64,000 bases of DNA, taken from Haliotis cracherodii (lineage: Eukaryota). The notes beneath the pieces were generated by a model. That model saw nothing but the letters and a program-made list of their open reading frames with translations. It searched no databases and was not told where the DNA came from. Below, piece by piece: positions 14,262 to 26,922 of this stretch. The position numbers and the translations under genes are program-made. The DNA is taken from positions 25,730,001 to 25,794,000 of the forward strand of contig NW_027266264.1 in assembly GCF_022045235.1 (NCBI RefSeq). Direction: 5' to 3'. The first letter of the stretch is position 1. The number at the start of each line of letters is the position of its first letter.

Positions 14262-14560
14262 GAACAAATAGGTTTTTAACAGTCCCTTAAATGCTTGATA
14301 TCTTTGGCACTTTTGATGTTGACTGGAATGCTGTTCCAAAGTTTTGGGCTGGCCTTTGCATAGCATCGGTCACCAAGTGACATGGTCCTGGATTGGGGAA
14401 CAAACAGGAGCTGACTGTCACCAGACCTGAGTAATCTTACTGGTTAGTATTGCTATATCAATTCACTGATGTAAGGTGGATAGATGTCATGAAGTGCTTT
14501 GTATACTAACAGTAGAACTTTGAATTCCATGCGCCTGTGATCCGGAGCCATTGCAGTTGC
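14262..14560 (-). mobile_element. L2/CR1-group LINE ORF2 C-terminal fragment
   Basis: Reads EFKVLLLVYKALHDIYPPYISEL..LRSGDSQLLFVP..GDRCYAKASPKLWNSIP, typical of L2/CR1 ORF2 ends. Confidence 0.8.
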
Positions 14561-14653
14561 CTAAGTACAGATGTAACTATGATGCTCGTATTTTTCTACA
14601 ATCATCTGTGGTGATCTGGGATGATATACACAAAATTTCAACTGCAAAAGCCA

Positions 14654-14820
14654 TTTGTTTGTTTGTTTGTTGTTTAACGCTGCACTCAGCAATATTACAG
14701 CTATATGACGGCAGTCTGTAAATAATCGAATCTGGACCAGACAATCCAGTGATTGACAGCATGAACATCGATCCATGCAATTTGAATCGATGATATGTAT
14801 CAACCAAGTCAGCGAGCCTG
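14654..14820 (-). mobile_element. Retroposon family B copy, 5'-truncated
   Basis: Exact 13-bp TSD actgcaaaagcca. Confidence 0.9.
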
Positions 14821-15242
14821 ACTGCAAAAGCCAAGAGATTATACGTGAGAATTTGAAAAAAATCACTTCAACTAGATATACAGTGTTATGTGAAGAGAAA
14901 ATGCCAAATCATATACCAATCTGAATGCCATACATTTACTGCATATTAAATGTTATAAAGATACATACAGAAATGAATAAGGAATGGATAAGTAGACTAT
15001 TTTCATTGCCATTACATTTTCTTGTGTATCGTTTTCTAGTCATATATGTCTTGTAACAATAATTATTAATCATTTTCAGATATTGGTAACTGTATATGAT
15101 CAGACATACCACACATAGCAGCTACAAACAGGGGATCCCTGCAGATCGGTGTGACCCACCTTGTCCAAGAACTCCATCTTCCAGATGGTTAATGTATGGA
15201 AGTCATGCATCGCTATTTTTCAAGTTATAATATGGTACCTCC

Positions 15243-15495
15243 ATTTCAATTTGATACCTAGCTTTTCCAGTGTATTATATCTATAATTCTGATTTGGTAC
15301 CTTGATTATCCAGTGTACTATATAGCCATTTTAATTTGATACATTACTTGTCCAGTGGGGTATATTCATAATTCTAATTTGATACCTCAATTATCCAGTG
15401 TACTATATAGCCATTTTAATTTGATACATTACTTGTCCAATGGGGTATATTCATAATTTTAATTTGATACCTTGTTTATCCAGTATATTATATAA
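15243..15495. repeat. ~42-bp diverged minisatellite, ~6 units
   Basis: Recurring attttaatttgatac...tccagtg. Confidence 0.8.
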
Positions 15496-15972
15496 GGATG
15501 TATGTTCCATTAATACAGAATTTCAGTTTCCAAATCCAAGTGTCTATGAGAAGTGATCAAAGTGCAAATACATGTCCTTCTCCATCCAGACAACCGAAGT
15601 ATTTAACCCCTGCTGCCAGACAAATGCGCCTGCATTCGTAATCACAAAACAGCTTTCAATTCAAAGACATCAAGGCCTGCAAATTATTCTCTGCTTTGAT
15701 GTACAGTGTATCTCTAATACCACATTAATTGCACTCTTATGTGAGTTCATTTTAAACTTAAATTGCCTGAAGGGGTTTTGGAACAGAAATGTACCCTATT
15801 CAAGACCTGTCTACAGAATGGTACCCTTAGCAATCATGACACTTCATTATGAAAACCAGTTGAACAATTCTATTGCACAGTATATGGCATTCTGGTGTAA
15901 TTCCACCGACAAAAATTGAGGACATAATCTGCATGTCAGACGAAGCGTGATCTGACACTTAAAACAGTCTAA

Positions 15973-16138
15973 GGGGCGGTCGGGTAGCCTAGTGGTTAAA
16001 GCATTCGCTCGCCACGCCGAAGACCCGGGTTCCATTCCCGACATGGGTTCAATGTGTGAAGACCATTTCTGGTGTCCCCCGCCGTGATATTGCTGGTATA
16101 TTGCTAAAAGCAGCGTAAAACCATACTCACTCACTCAC
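15973..16138 (+). mobile_element. tRNA-derived SINE, family A (~165 bp, (CACT)n tail)
   Basis: A box tagcctagtgg, B box ggttccattcc; TSD ..aacagtctaa on both sides. Confidence 0.9.
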
Positions 16139-16394
16139 TTTAACAGTCTAAATGATTATTAAAATAAAGTTGTTACATAAAAGGAAAGGTAGCTAATTGA
16201 AGTTAAAGTCTTTCAATAACTGGTTGAAATATTAAAAACTTTTCAAAGGAATGCTTGAGCTGATTGTTTACTGACTTTACTAAAGGGAATCTCTGACATT
16301 CCTACTCTGATTCACTGTTTCACAAAAACTAATGTACAAGCTTGTTTCCCTGTCATGTTGACTTCATTACATCTGTACTTGCTTTTGTACAAGA

Positions 16395-16672
16395 GGGTGC
16401 ACGGGTGGCCAAGTCGTCTAAGGCGCCGCGATTCGCGGTGCAGAGTTGCTTCCCTTGGGCACGCCAGAAACCTATGATTGTGGGTTCGAATCTCGGTTCG
16501 CCCCGATTATGTTTCTAGGTTTGTCAGCACCATACCCGTGCTCGTGGGTTTCACTGAAGTGATAAACGTCTGAGTCCTGCATCACTTCAGGCTTTCCTCC
16601 CACATTAAGCTGACACGCCCCGATATAACTGGAATACTGTTAAAAGCGGCTTTAAACCAAACTCACTCACTC
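16395..16672 (+). mobile_element. tRNA-derived SINE, family C (~280 bp; V-domain-like core, (CACT)n tail)
   Basis: A box tggccaagtcg, B box ggttcgaatc, ggctttcctcccac motif; TSD ttgtacaaga. Confidence 0.88.
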
Positions 16673-17837
16673 TTGTACAAGACATGACTGTAACTGTTGC
16701 CTTGTGTTCTATATGACCAGCTCCATGTCCTTCATCTAGTTGGAGGAAGTTATTTAGTTACAAGTCATCACGCAATGTTCAGGATAACAAGAAACAGGAA
16801 GCGAACTGCATACATAAATGTTAATCATCTGCCATTACTGCTGAAATAGTTGTCTTCTTCCTCGTCACTAAGTTTTCTAATTCTAAGAAATCAGAGTTTA
16901 ATGGACAAGAATTCAAACTAACTATGTTTGCATTGGAATAAAAGACCACAACTGTCAGGTGAAGACCTGGATTCCATTGCTTCCATTGCACCTTTCTTTC
17001 TGTCATACCCGAAGACACCAGGGCTAAACATGGGTTGTTTCAAAGTGCCAATGACACAACCCCATGCTCTAAAGAACCATCAAATAAATTTTTATGTGAC
17101 AACGACGACATTTCATCACTTAGTTTTGCTCAGGAGAAGCTGGAAATTCATTAGATAAATCACGTCTTCCTCTCAGGCGTTTCTCATGTGACTCCGACAC
17201 TAAGCCCAGCACGCACAGTGCCATATTTATCGGCAATCAGATGGCCTCTGCAAACGTGAATCAATAAGAAGTTCCTAAAGAAAATTCCACATCCGTAACT
17301 AATCTTAAGAGTCCATTACAGTGGATAGATTTTTGTGTAGTAAACTTGCCACCATGGAATTCTATTCTCAGCATATGTGATATATATGATATTAATCTGA
17401 AGATGTATTGCTGGTGAGCTTTCAGGTTAGATGGCATCTGTTAATCATACAAGCACACCAAAGTGATCTTCATCTGTGTCAATGGTAAGCATCTTAACCT
17501 GAAGCTTTAATAAGCCCAACTTGAAACATACTGAAATACATGTATAACTCATCATACATTTGGTAAGTGAATAAACCAAGACAACCTTACATCAAATAGA
17601 TTTAAAAAAATGTAAAATGTTATCCAAGGGTGTAAAAAGCTGCAGATACTTCACTTTGTGTGAGAAGTCAGTGAGTGGCGGAAGATGGGTTTCATGCCAC
17701 ACTGAACACTACTGCATTTATATCTCTTCCTGCTGAATGTTTGGGGAAAGTCACAAGTGAAGCAGGTTCTAGATATTTACACTTTACTGAGTCCACAGCC
17801 ATTGGTATGGCGTTGACAAAATGATAATATGGATTGA

Positions 17838-18078
17838 TCGTTGTTTAATGCTGCACTCAGTGATATGATGTCAGTCTATAAATAATCTGTTGTCTCTGTT
17901 TGTTGTTTAGTACTGCACTCAGCAATATTACAGCTATATGACTGCGGTCTGTTAATAATCAAGTCTGGACCAGACAATACAGTGATTGACATCATGAGCA
18001 TCAATCCACGCAATTAGGATATGATGACATGCATCAACCAAGTCAGCAAGTCTGACCACCCAATCCCGTTGATTCTTA
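17838..18078 (-). mobile_element. Retroposon family B partial copies (duplicated 3' end)
   Basis: Two consecutive 3' ends; aligns to the family. Confidence 0.8.
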
Positions 18079-18681
18079 TCTGGAATCCCCATGGGTGTAG
18101 AATGATAACAACACACACAAATCCTGAGTGTGAGTGAGCCTGAGGCCTTTCGATCTATTGCCATCACGAGCAGGAAGATGCTGGACGTGAGTTTGAGACT
18201 TTTCGTAACATTAATGGTGACACAATTCCACATTTCATTAAACTCTTTCAAGAAAAGAAGGAAAATCAACTAATATCAGGCCCGTGGATTTAGAAAAAAA
18301 GTAGCTATCTAATATATACGTACTGGAATTTATTAGGGTTAGAACCCACACCATCCTCTTTCTCATGGCAGAAACAGAAGAGCAGAGATCTCAATATATG
18401 GTCCCTCACCAAGCATTAACAAAATGCCTTCCACAGTCTGGTAAATTCATTGAAATTGGGAAATTCTTCAGCTTCATCAGAGAGGATCCTGATAAGGACT
18501 ATTTCGCAAACTCATTCCATCCATACGGGATTATTTTGGACATTCTATCCTTCTTTCCTAAACAGACACAATAAGACTGAGAAACTTTTACCATTACTGA
18601 TTAATTACCACCACAAATGGGAAGATTGTATCCTGTTTCATTTCGTGAAAGGAATAATCAAACAGGTAGTTGGGGTATTAT

Positions 18682-19060
18682 TGAGTGAGTGAGTGAGTGA
18701 GTGAGTGAGTGAGTGAGTGAGTGAGTATGGTTTTAAGCCGCTTTTAGCAATATTCCAGAAATATCACGGCAGGGGACACCACAAATGGGCTTCACACATT
18801 GTACCCATGTCGGGAATCGAACCCGGGTCTTCGGCGTGACGAGCAACGCTTTAACCATTAGGCTACCCGACCGCCCCGAGTGAGTGAGTGAGTGAGTGAG
18901 TGAGTGAGTGCGTGCGTGGATGCGTGCGTGCATGGATTAGTGATGTTTACGCAGCTTTTATCAATATTCCAGCAATATCATGACATGGGACACTAAAAAT
19001 GGACTACACTCATTGTACCCATGGAACTCAAGCCTTCGTTGTGATGAGTGAAATCTTTTA
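18682..19060 (-). mobile_element. Young SINE family A copy (to 18877) inserted in the (GAGT)n tail of an older copy
   Basis: Intact copy flanked by (GAGT)n on both sides, then a degenerate copy at ~18940-19060. Confidence 0.85.
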
Positions 19061-19124
19061 TTGAGCAAATGGGTGAGTGAGGAATTATAAGAGAATGTTC
19101 TAAAATGTTTCCAGCACCTAGAAA

Positions 19125-19316
19125 ATAATCAGGTATGTAAATAATTGAGATCCAGTGACTGACATCATGAGCATTGATAAACGCAATTCGGATATGATGT
19201 CATGCATCAACCAAGTCAGCAAGCCAGAACATCTGATCCTGTTAGTCACCTCTCATCAAAAGCATTGGCTGCTGAAGACCAATTCCAACCCGGAACTAAC
19301 CCTGGATCTTCACGGG
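19125..19316 (-). mobile_element. Retroposon family B copy retaining the 5' end
   Basis: Ends in cctggatcttcacggg. Confidence 0.8.
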
Positions 19317-21763
19317 GAAATATCTATGATCTACATCACTTTTGGCTACAGAGGACAGACTAATGTCCATTAAAGACAATATCCCACTGTTTACCACAAA
19401 CATAGCATTTATACATGAACCATGTCATTAGTCATTGATATTGATCACTTATAATAATGTGAAGTGTTTTTGATGACTTGAGTACATGATAGATTATTCA
19501 TGTTTGTTTTGTTTAATGCCATATTACCTCAACTTGATTTAAGATTTATCATGTGTTTGCATCATCTATAATGAAAAAATAATCTTTATTTCATTCATAT
19601 GATGGGATAATCATGTTTTTTTACAATACTTTTCACTCTATTGATTTAAATGAAAGACAACAAAATGGAAAATTTTAATGGTTGATGGATAGATGAACTT
19701 TCCAATTGAATATTTCTAACATTGATTTACAAATAACAAAAATACAGTTGAAATTCATATCTATCGGCCTGTTGTGAGAGGGTCAGTTCATAAACAAAAT
19801 TAGATCTGGGCTTGATCCCCAACAAACATGGCAGCAAAAGGGGAGAAGACCATTCTCATGACAGGGATCCAATATCGCAAAAAGCGGTCAAAAACACTTC
19901 TCGCTGGTTGACATGTAAACAACATAACAAGAAAACAAAACTCATGAAACTCCAAAAGAGGTTTCATCCCATCTTTTCCGAGTATGAAGCCATTTTTAAT
20001 CTTAAGATTAATACTCACTTAAAATTTATCAGTGCAGAGGTTTATCTGCCTGTCTTATTCTTTGACCATTCCCTATTACTGTCTGTCAATCCAAGACATT
20101 AGCTCAATAAATGTCATTCTGATGGCATTCGTAATCATTTCATATTCCATGTTTCTTCTTGGCACAACCAATATTATTTTGCATTGAGGAATCCTTCTTA
20201 ATGTCATGCAACAAGTGTTCTTGCCCATGTGATCATCCATTGTGGAGACACAATTATAATCTTTATGTAGTAGAGAGAGAGTTTAATATCAAAACAGTCA
20301 CAATCTTCATAATACAATCATGATGAAGGAGGGTAAAACTACAATATCTCCAATAGGACTTCAACTTCTCTGAATATGGCCAAGCAATGAGAGAAACGTT
20401 TAACGCTAGAATGGGAGAAGTCTCTGGGGATTGTGGGTCTGCTCAAGGACTGTGAGTTTGGTATCAGTTGTCTTTGATTGGAACTAGATAAACATATTCA
20501 TAGGGATCGCTTCACTGAAATGTCCTTATCAGGAGTTAAGAACAACTAATCATTTTCAACAAAACACTCCACAATGAAATAAAACCTTATCACCCTGCGA
20601 CACAAATCAGAAATCATTAATATCTATAAAAATTAGGCAGTATGAAAAAAAGGATGCACCCATGAAATTAATACAAATACTTCTACTTTCATCTGTCACT
20701 GAAATTACAAGTGAAAAACACTGTAATTTATTTAACAATGTGTAGCAAGATGGCGTGTTAACCCTTAACTGTGTTAACACTTAAAGGTTCATAACAATTG
20801 GCAGTTCCATGAATTGTGATTAAAGTAATTCAAAACCCATTCTTATTGTCAGCTAACTTCAATTTTATGACATAATACGTCAATCTAGCAAATAATGATT
20901 GCCCAAATACAACAGTAACATTATCAAAATCTTTTTATCAGCCAAGGAAAAAACCTCTCATATAATAGGGGTATGATGATTGATCAAACTGTAAATATGT
21001 TACAGTAATATTTCACTTCACTTTGCAGTTACTGTTTCATTTATTATATCATGATAACAGTTTCAGACATTTTTATGATTTATTTCATCATCCAGTGACT
21101 GGAAAAGATAGGAAAGGGTCTATGAATTCAATAACCATTTCTTGTTTGGTTCCTTTTTAGGCACCATCAAACATGGGTGTACACTTTCCTGTGCCTGTCA
21201 GTTAAGATTTCATGACGTACTAACAAAACCTACACATCCACCATGAAACAGACACAGTGTACAGTGTAGATTGTTTACATTGCAGGATGGCACAGGTCCT
21301 CATCAAACTATCACAATACTATTGCAAAGATTGTAACCAAACAGCAATTTTATCACTATATATTGTTGGTAACTGTCAAAATACTAAACCACTGAAATAT
21401 GACAGCGCTGTCAGCACCTTTGAGACAGTCACGAAGAAGAAACAGAATTTTTCAAGGAAGATCAAGGAAGGTGATTTGTGACAATCCATGTCTGCTGCAA
21501 TCAGTGGTAGGATGTGTAATAGAGTGATCCTATGTCCCAAAATTGGTTCCTTCAGAGCTTTTACTAGTGACATTGTTCTGCAGAAACCAATTTTAGCAGA
21601 GAAATTTTAAACGGGACCTCATTTACATTTACATTCTCATTATCTTGTAAGAATTGGGAACTTTAAACAGGGGTTGTGTGTCACCATTTACTCATGCAGT
21701 CGAAAAACAAAAAAAACAAATGCACCTTGCTAAAAGAAAAGAAGAAACTGTCAGTCTTTTATC

Positions 21764-22512
21764 GGGGAGTCGGGTAGCCTAGTGGTTAAAGTGTTCACTC
21801 GTCATGCCGACGACCCGGGTTCAGGTCCTGACATGGGTAAAATGTGTGAAGCCCACTTCTCATTAAAATCAGATCGAAATTCTCACTGCCGCTAAACAAA
21901 GATCTGAGGATATCCCATTACAGGTCATGTCAGAAATCCTTTCGCGAACATTAACCTACCACTGAAACGACTAACAAAGAAGTTGACATCAGCCAATTAG
22001 AAAGCAGCTTTCTCGAGCTTAACGGCACTCGTTTCAACCTGGCGACTTCCATTTCAGACTATATTTGAGAAATATGTTGACACAGTTCTCAATTAAAATT
22101 TAAAAAACTGAACAAATGAACGTTCTGAAATGTCTTATTTATGGTTGCAATTGTATGGTAGTGCTTCCCACGTACTGTGCAATGCCTCCTCCGTTCAAAT
22201 GTTTCTCTCACGGAAGTGAGAGATAGACAATAATTTTGATGGAATGAGTCATACGGGCCGTAACTGATATTCAGAAAACCCTGTCTTCACGTTTTCGAGG
22301 TTGCATGATTAGAAAACACATTCCGACTGTCTCTTTCATGATCTGGTAAGCCATGCTCTGATTGGTCGGTTGAAAGGTCATTCTGACGTGACCCCTGATG
22401 GGATGTCCTCAGATCTTTGTTTAGCGGTAGCAAGAACTAAGATCTGAATTTAATGAGATTGTGATATTGCTGGAATAATGCTAAAAGCGGCGTAAAACCT
22501 TACTCACTCACT
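21764..22512 (+). mobile_element. SINE family A copy split by a 600-bp TIR element
   Basis: Head at 21764-21857, tail at 22459-22512; imperfect TSD ctgtcagtcttttatc / ctgttagtcttcatc. Confidence 0.85.
21858..22458. mobile_element. Unclassified non-autonomous element with ~85-bp TIRs, inside a SINE
   Basis: tctcattaaaatcagatc...ccgctaaacaaagatctgagga...tcagaa mirrored at ~22372-22458. No TSD seen. Confidence 0.85.
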
Positions 22513-23159
22513 GTTAGTCTTCATCACTGATGACCTGGGTGGCCCACATATTGGCAGCATAATTTTCATATTCTTACAATGAACACAGACTCTCACACTC
22601 TTGTCAGTCTTGTCAGTTCAGCTTCATCTTGTCTCCCCATGTCTATTTCAGCCACATCCATCACCTTTACCACCTAATTAGTAGACAGCTTATTCACTTC
22701 CTTGAAGACCGTTCAGTCAGGATGTTATCTGACCTCTGATTGGCCAATTGTCTGCTACCCTCTGCTACAACATCCACCTGCCCTAAACATGTATTTGATT
22801 ATCACTTACAAAGGGGGAAGGAGGGTTACAATCTGTCTCCATCCTACTACAAACATATATTTAATAAAATGAGGCTGTTGAAGTAAACTTCATTCAATTG
22901 AGCAATACTAAATACCAATTCTTCAGCTTCATTTAGTTTACAATATTTTTAATGCAAAGCTTGTGCCATCTTCCACATGCAAGGGAGTTAACATCACTCC
23001 AGTTAGTTCGGCAAGGGGGGAAAAAGGACTTCTTTAGTCGAGTTATCTCCCTTGCCTCTGGAAGAAGAGTTCATGCTTCACCTGATCTTCCACAGGATGA
23101 GAGTTGCGGTGAAATGTGGTTGAACGTCGCTTCAAAGATTATTGCACTTATATAGCGAT

Positions 23160-23400
23160 GTGCATGTATGTGTGTGTTTGGCTGCTTGTACTAGTACGGA
23201 CTGATGCTGATTTATAGTGCTAGCCCACTGAGATACCATGGCACAGTTTAACATGAATACCCCACTCAGACACACCATACTGACACCGAGTGGACCAGTC
23301 CTTGTTTTAGCCCCTTAAAGCTGTGTGCCAGACAGGGTAACAACAAGTACCATCTTTTAACGTCTTTGTTATGACATGACCGGGGATTGAACCCCGGAGG
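23160..23400 (-). mobile_element. SINE family D (Meta/MESC-domain-like, CA tail)
   Basis: B box ggttcaatccc followed by gtcataacaaagacgttaaaagatggtacttgttgttaccctgtctggcacacagc, which resembles the Meta domain from memory (not searched). Confidence 0.65.
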
Positions 23401-24039
23401 CGGTCCCACTGGATTACAGGTCTGCCACATGCCCACATTTTTAATATAATGTTAATCATTGCATGAAATGCAGTTTGATTCCTCCTTTACAATACTGTCA
23501 TATGGAAACACTGACGGACTGCTTTCACATTCCTGAGCAAAACCCACGGAATTACCACAGTTTGAATAAAATATGGAATCATTGTTCATAACATGTGGAC
23601 CTTTAATCCTTGTACTTGGGATATAGCAAGCTCTGACATTCATACAATAACACTGGTGAAACATTTTATCATGCCCCCTTCCCCTCTATAATACAGGACC
23701 AGTCCCTATGTAATGTTCAAATTCATAATTTTGATATTTGAAAAAATAGAACTGTGTCATTTTTTTCATGCCCCTCTATAATTGTGATAAATTTTGGAGA
23801 CCCATCCTCTTGCGTCATTTTTTACCACCCCTTAATAAATGACCAGTCCGTAAAGTGACCATACCTTGCATAAACTAAAAAACATCCAAACATTTTGTTG
23901 AGGAAATATTCCTTTATACGCACATGCAAATATTCATCAGCCATATAGAAAAAATATTGTTCCCAGTTAGTGCATCATAAAAAGTGATATTGATAAATAA
24001 AGTACGAGTTTTTAGTTGTCAGATAATCGGTTAATCAGT

Positions 24040-24998
24040 TACAATCAAGCAAGGACTTTATATTCACAGAGGGTATTTGAGACAAATGGAATCAATACCA
24101 TGTGGATTATCAAAACCTCAAAGGATTTCCTTCAGTTTTTGCTATCTCAGAAAAGAACCAACTTCAATTCTGTCAAAACATTTGATTTTTCAACGTTGTA
24201 CACCACCATCCCATACAACAAACTTGGAGACAGTTTCCTTCCTTAATCCATGGAGCATTTGTCACGATATGTAGTGACCATAGCTCTAACATCTGTATTT
24301 ACAAAGGTTGAGGACAATATATCAAAAATGAAAGCAAACGTCATCTGAAGAAAATAACTTTTGAAATGGTGGGCATCCTCACAGATTACCGTATTCGACG
24401 TAATAAGCGCCCAGGGCGCTCTAATAATTAGAAACATGAGGCTCTTATTAGAATATATTTCGGTGGAAAAAACAGTGTTGAAAAATAAATTTCGTGGTTT
24501 ATGATGACAGCCTGAAATGTTTATATACGACATAAATATTTTTCCAGAATTTAATTGCCTATAATTAAGGGTGCATATGACACACGAGTGTGTATTATAC
24601 GCGAATAAATAAGTCTTGTGTACATTGATCAATCCAAAGGGGTGCTAATTGGGATTGTTCACTAGCCAGTATATACACAAATATCGCCATGGGCGCTTAT
24701 TAGAGCGGGGCGCTTATTACGTCGAATACGGTATATGGAATTTGGTGATCGGACATTTAGGTAAGTAATAGGCATCCATCTCCTTGCTCATCTGTTTCTT
24801 TATGCATATCAATTGAAATTTCTGCACGGATTGGCAAAATCAGGATAACAGGAATTGAAACTTAAGCTTCAGGTATATCAAATATCTGAAATCGTTCAAT
24901 AATGGTCAAATAGCCAATACCATTCCACTGATTTACCCACCTGACCTAGACATAAAAGAGACCAGTGAAACCGCCACATCTGTTTCAATATAGATCTA
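24040..24998 (+). mobile_element. Penelope-like element reverse transcriptase remnant, interrupted by a MITE
   Basis: NGINTMWIIKTS..SVKTFDFSTLYTTIP, then EFGDRTFR*VIGI..LLAHLFLYAY, an FRYI-like motif and IYPPDLDIKETSETATS; these resemble PLE RT motifs. Confidence 0.8.
24389..24731. mobile_element. Tc1/mariner-pogo-type MITE, 343 bp
   Basis: Perfect 24-bp TIR ccgtattcgacgtaataagcgccc, with TA on both sides. Confidence 0.9.
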
Positions 24999-25008
24999 TG
25001 CATAAAGA

Positions 25009-25172
25009 GGGGCGGTCGGGTAGCCTAGTGGTTAAAGCGTTCGCTTGTCAGGCCAAAGACCCGGGTTTGATTCCCGACATGGGTACAATGTGTGAAGCTC
25101 ATTTTTGGTGTCCCCCGCTGTGATATTGCTGGAATATTGCAAAAAGCGGCGTAAAATCAAAACTCACTTACA
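25009..25172 (+). mobile_element. SINE family A copy
   Basis: A and B boxes; TSD atgcataaaga. Confidence 0.9.
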
Positions 25173-26663
25173 ATGCATAAAGAGTCAAAGTTAAAAAGAA
25201 ATAAAATCCACAAAACAACATGGCAAGAGCGATACACGCATATACACCCACCTGTTCACTTACACCTGGTTAATATGGAGCTATATATAGGTCACTACTA
25301 TTTGATTGTGATTATAAACACAAGCTTCTAAAGTTGGAATTGTTCAATTGGCTCTGCTGTCAGCAGAGATTTCTTTTGTTAAAAGAAAGGGTTTTGTTGC
25401 TTTTATTAATAAGCACACAATTACATGAATGCATTCACTATCCACTGTACGTCAAATCACATGCTGTTCTGTAAGATCATCCACTGTCATAGATCACATT
25501 AAGCTCATTGTCCAGATCACAGATTCAGGCATTACTTAAAGTACTTCAGAGAATCAAATAAAATATACATTTACAGTATGAATGACCTAGATCCAAGTGA
25601 CAGAATGTCATGAAACACTGACATATATATTTCATATATTGTCAATCAATATTCCGACATCGACACTGTTCTTAACTTTCTTGCACCAAGGACATCCTTC
25701 AGTGTGTTGAAGTTCACAATGACTGTGCTGAAGAGGATGTGTGACTTTCAGAAGAAAAATTCAAACAAATATTAAGCATTAAAAAAAACATATTTCAAAC
25801 AAAGATGGAAAGTGATTTTTTTCTACACAATATATGACATGGAAATGAAGACGATGTTCAAACATCAAAGGCTCTGGTTCATGCTCTTCTAGTATAATAA
25901 CACAAATTTTGAGCAATAAACCAAATGTCCAATCTGACTGCGACGAAATGACTTTCTTTATTCAGACTTTATAATATTTTTTCCCTCAGCAATGAGATTT
26001 TGTGGTGAGCTCTATGTATAATAGCAACAATGAAAACATGAACGCCTAAACTTATTTCCCAAGACAATTTCAGAAACTGCTGAATCAAAACTGAATTGAA
26101 ATGCAATTCTACTTAGCAAGCTTTACACATTTTCCCCATGAAACTAATCTTTTAAATAATGTTGGTGAAATTGTTCTGGTTGGGACAGAGGTCTAAAGGA
26201 TGGTCATTCATTTCACATTTCCTCACTGTTGTTAATTTAAATATTGAAAACCTTTGGAGCAACCTTGATTCTCATTCAGTCTCTCACATGACAGCAATCC
26301 GATCCAATACAAACATAAAGAAAACAAAAGAACCTTCACAAACCATTGTAAGTATGAAATGTAAAACCAGGGAATAATCACTCCCGATTACCTGCCAAAA
26401 CAGATTCAATGGAGTGTAAAAGGTAAAATAGTGGTGAAATTTGTATGAATGGATCCTTGAAAATCAGTGATGACACAAGATGTTTGCTCTACTGGTAGCG
26501 CCTGTCACATAATTTGAATTAAAAGTAATGGTAAGGTATGTAAATTACTGGTAGCAGTCAGGACACCAGGTGTTAACAAAACAGTATTTGTCATAAGTTA
26601 GAGTCAATGGCATAAGACAGTTGCTACATGAAACTGTGGAGCAAATAGTCTGAAGAAATGGAA

Positions 26664-26922
26664 CCAGTTAAGATCCGGGTTAGAATAGATCTTCAGCAAC
26701 CCATACTTGCTGTAAAAAATGCTTGTTGTAAGTGGCGACTAACGGGATCGGGTGGTCAGGCTCGCTGACTTCGTTGATGCATGTTACGATCCAAATTGCA
26801 TGGATCGTTGCTCATGATATCAATCACTGGATTGTATGGTCCTTGATTATTGACAGATCACTGTCATATAGCTGGCATATTGCTGAGTGCGTCGTGAAAC
26901 AACAAACCAACCAAACCAACCA
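26664..26922 (+). mobile_element. Retroposon family B full-length copy
   Basis: Exact TSD aagaaatggaa (26653-26663 and 26923-26933). Confidence 0.9.

Noticed and set aside
16395-16500. tRNA genes at SINE heads (also 15973, 54161, 63562)
   Set aside because: No complete cloverleaf; each continues into a SINE body, a tail and usually a TSD.
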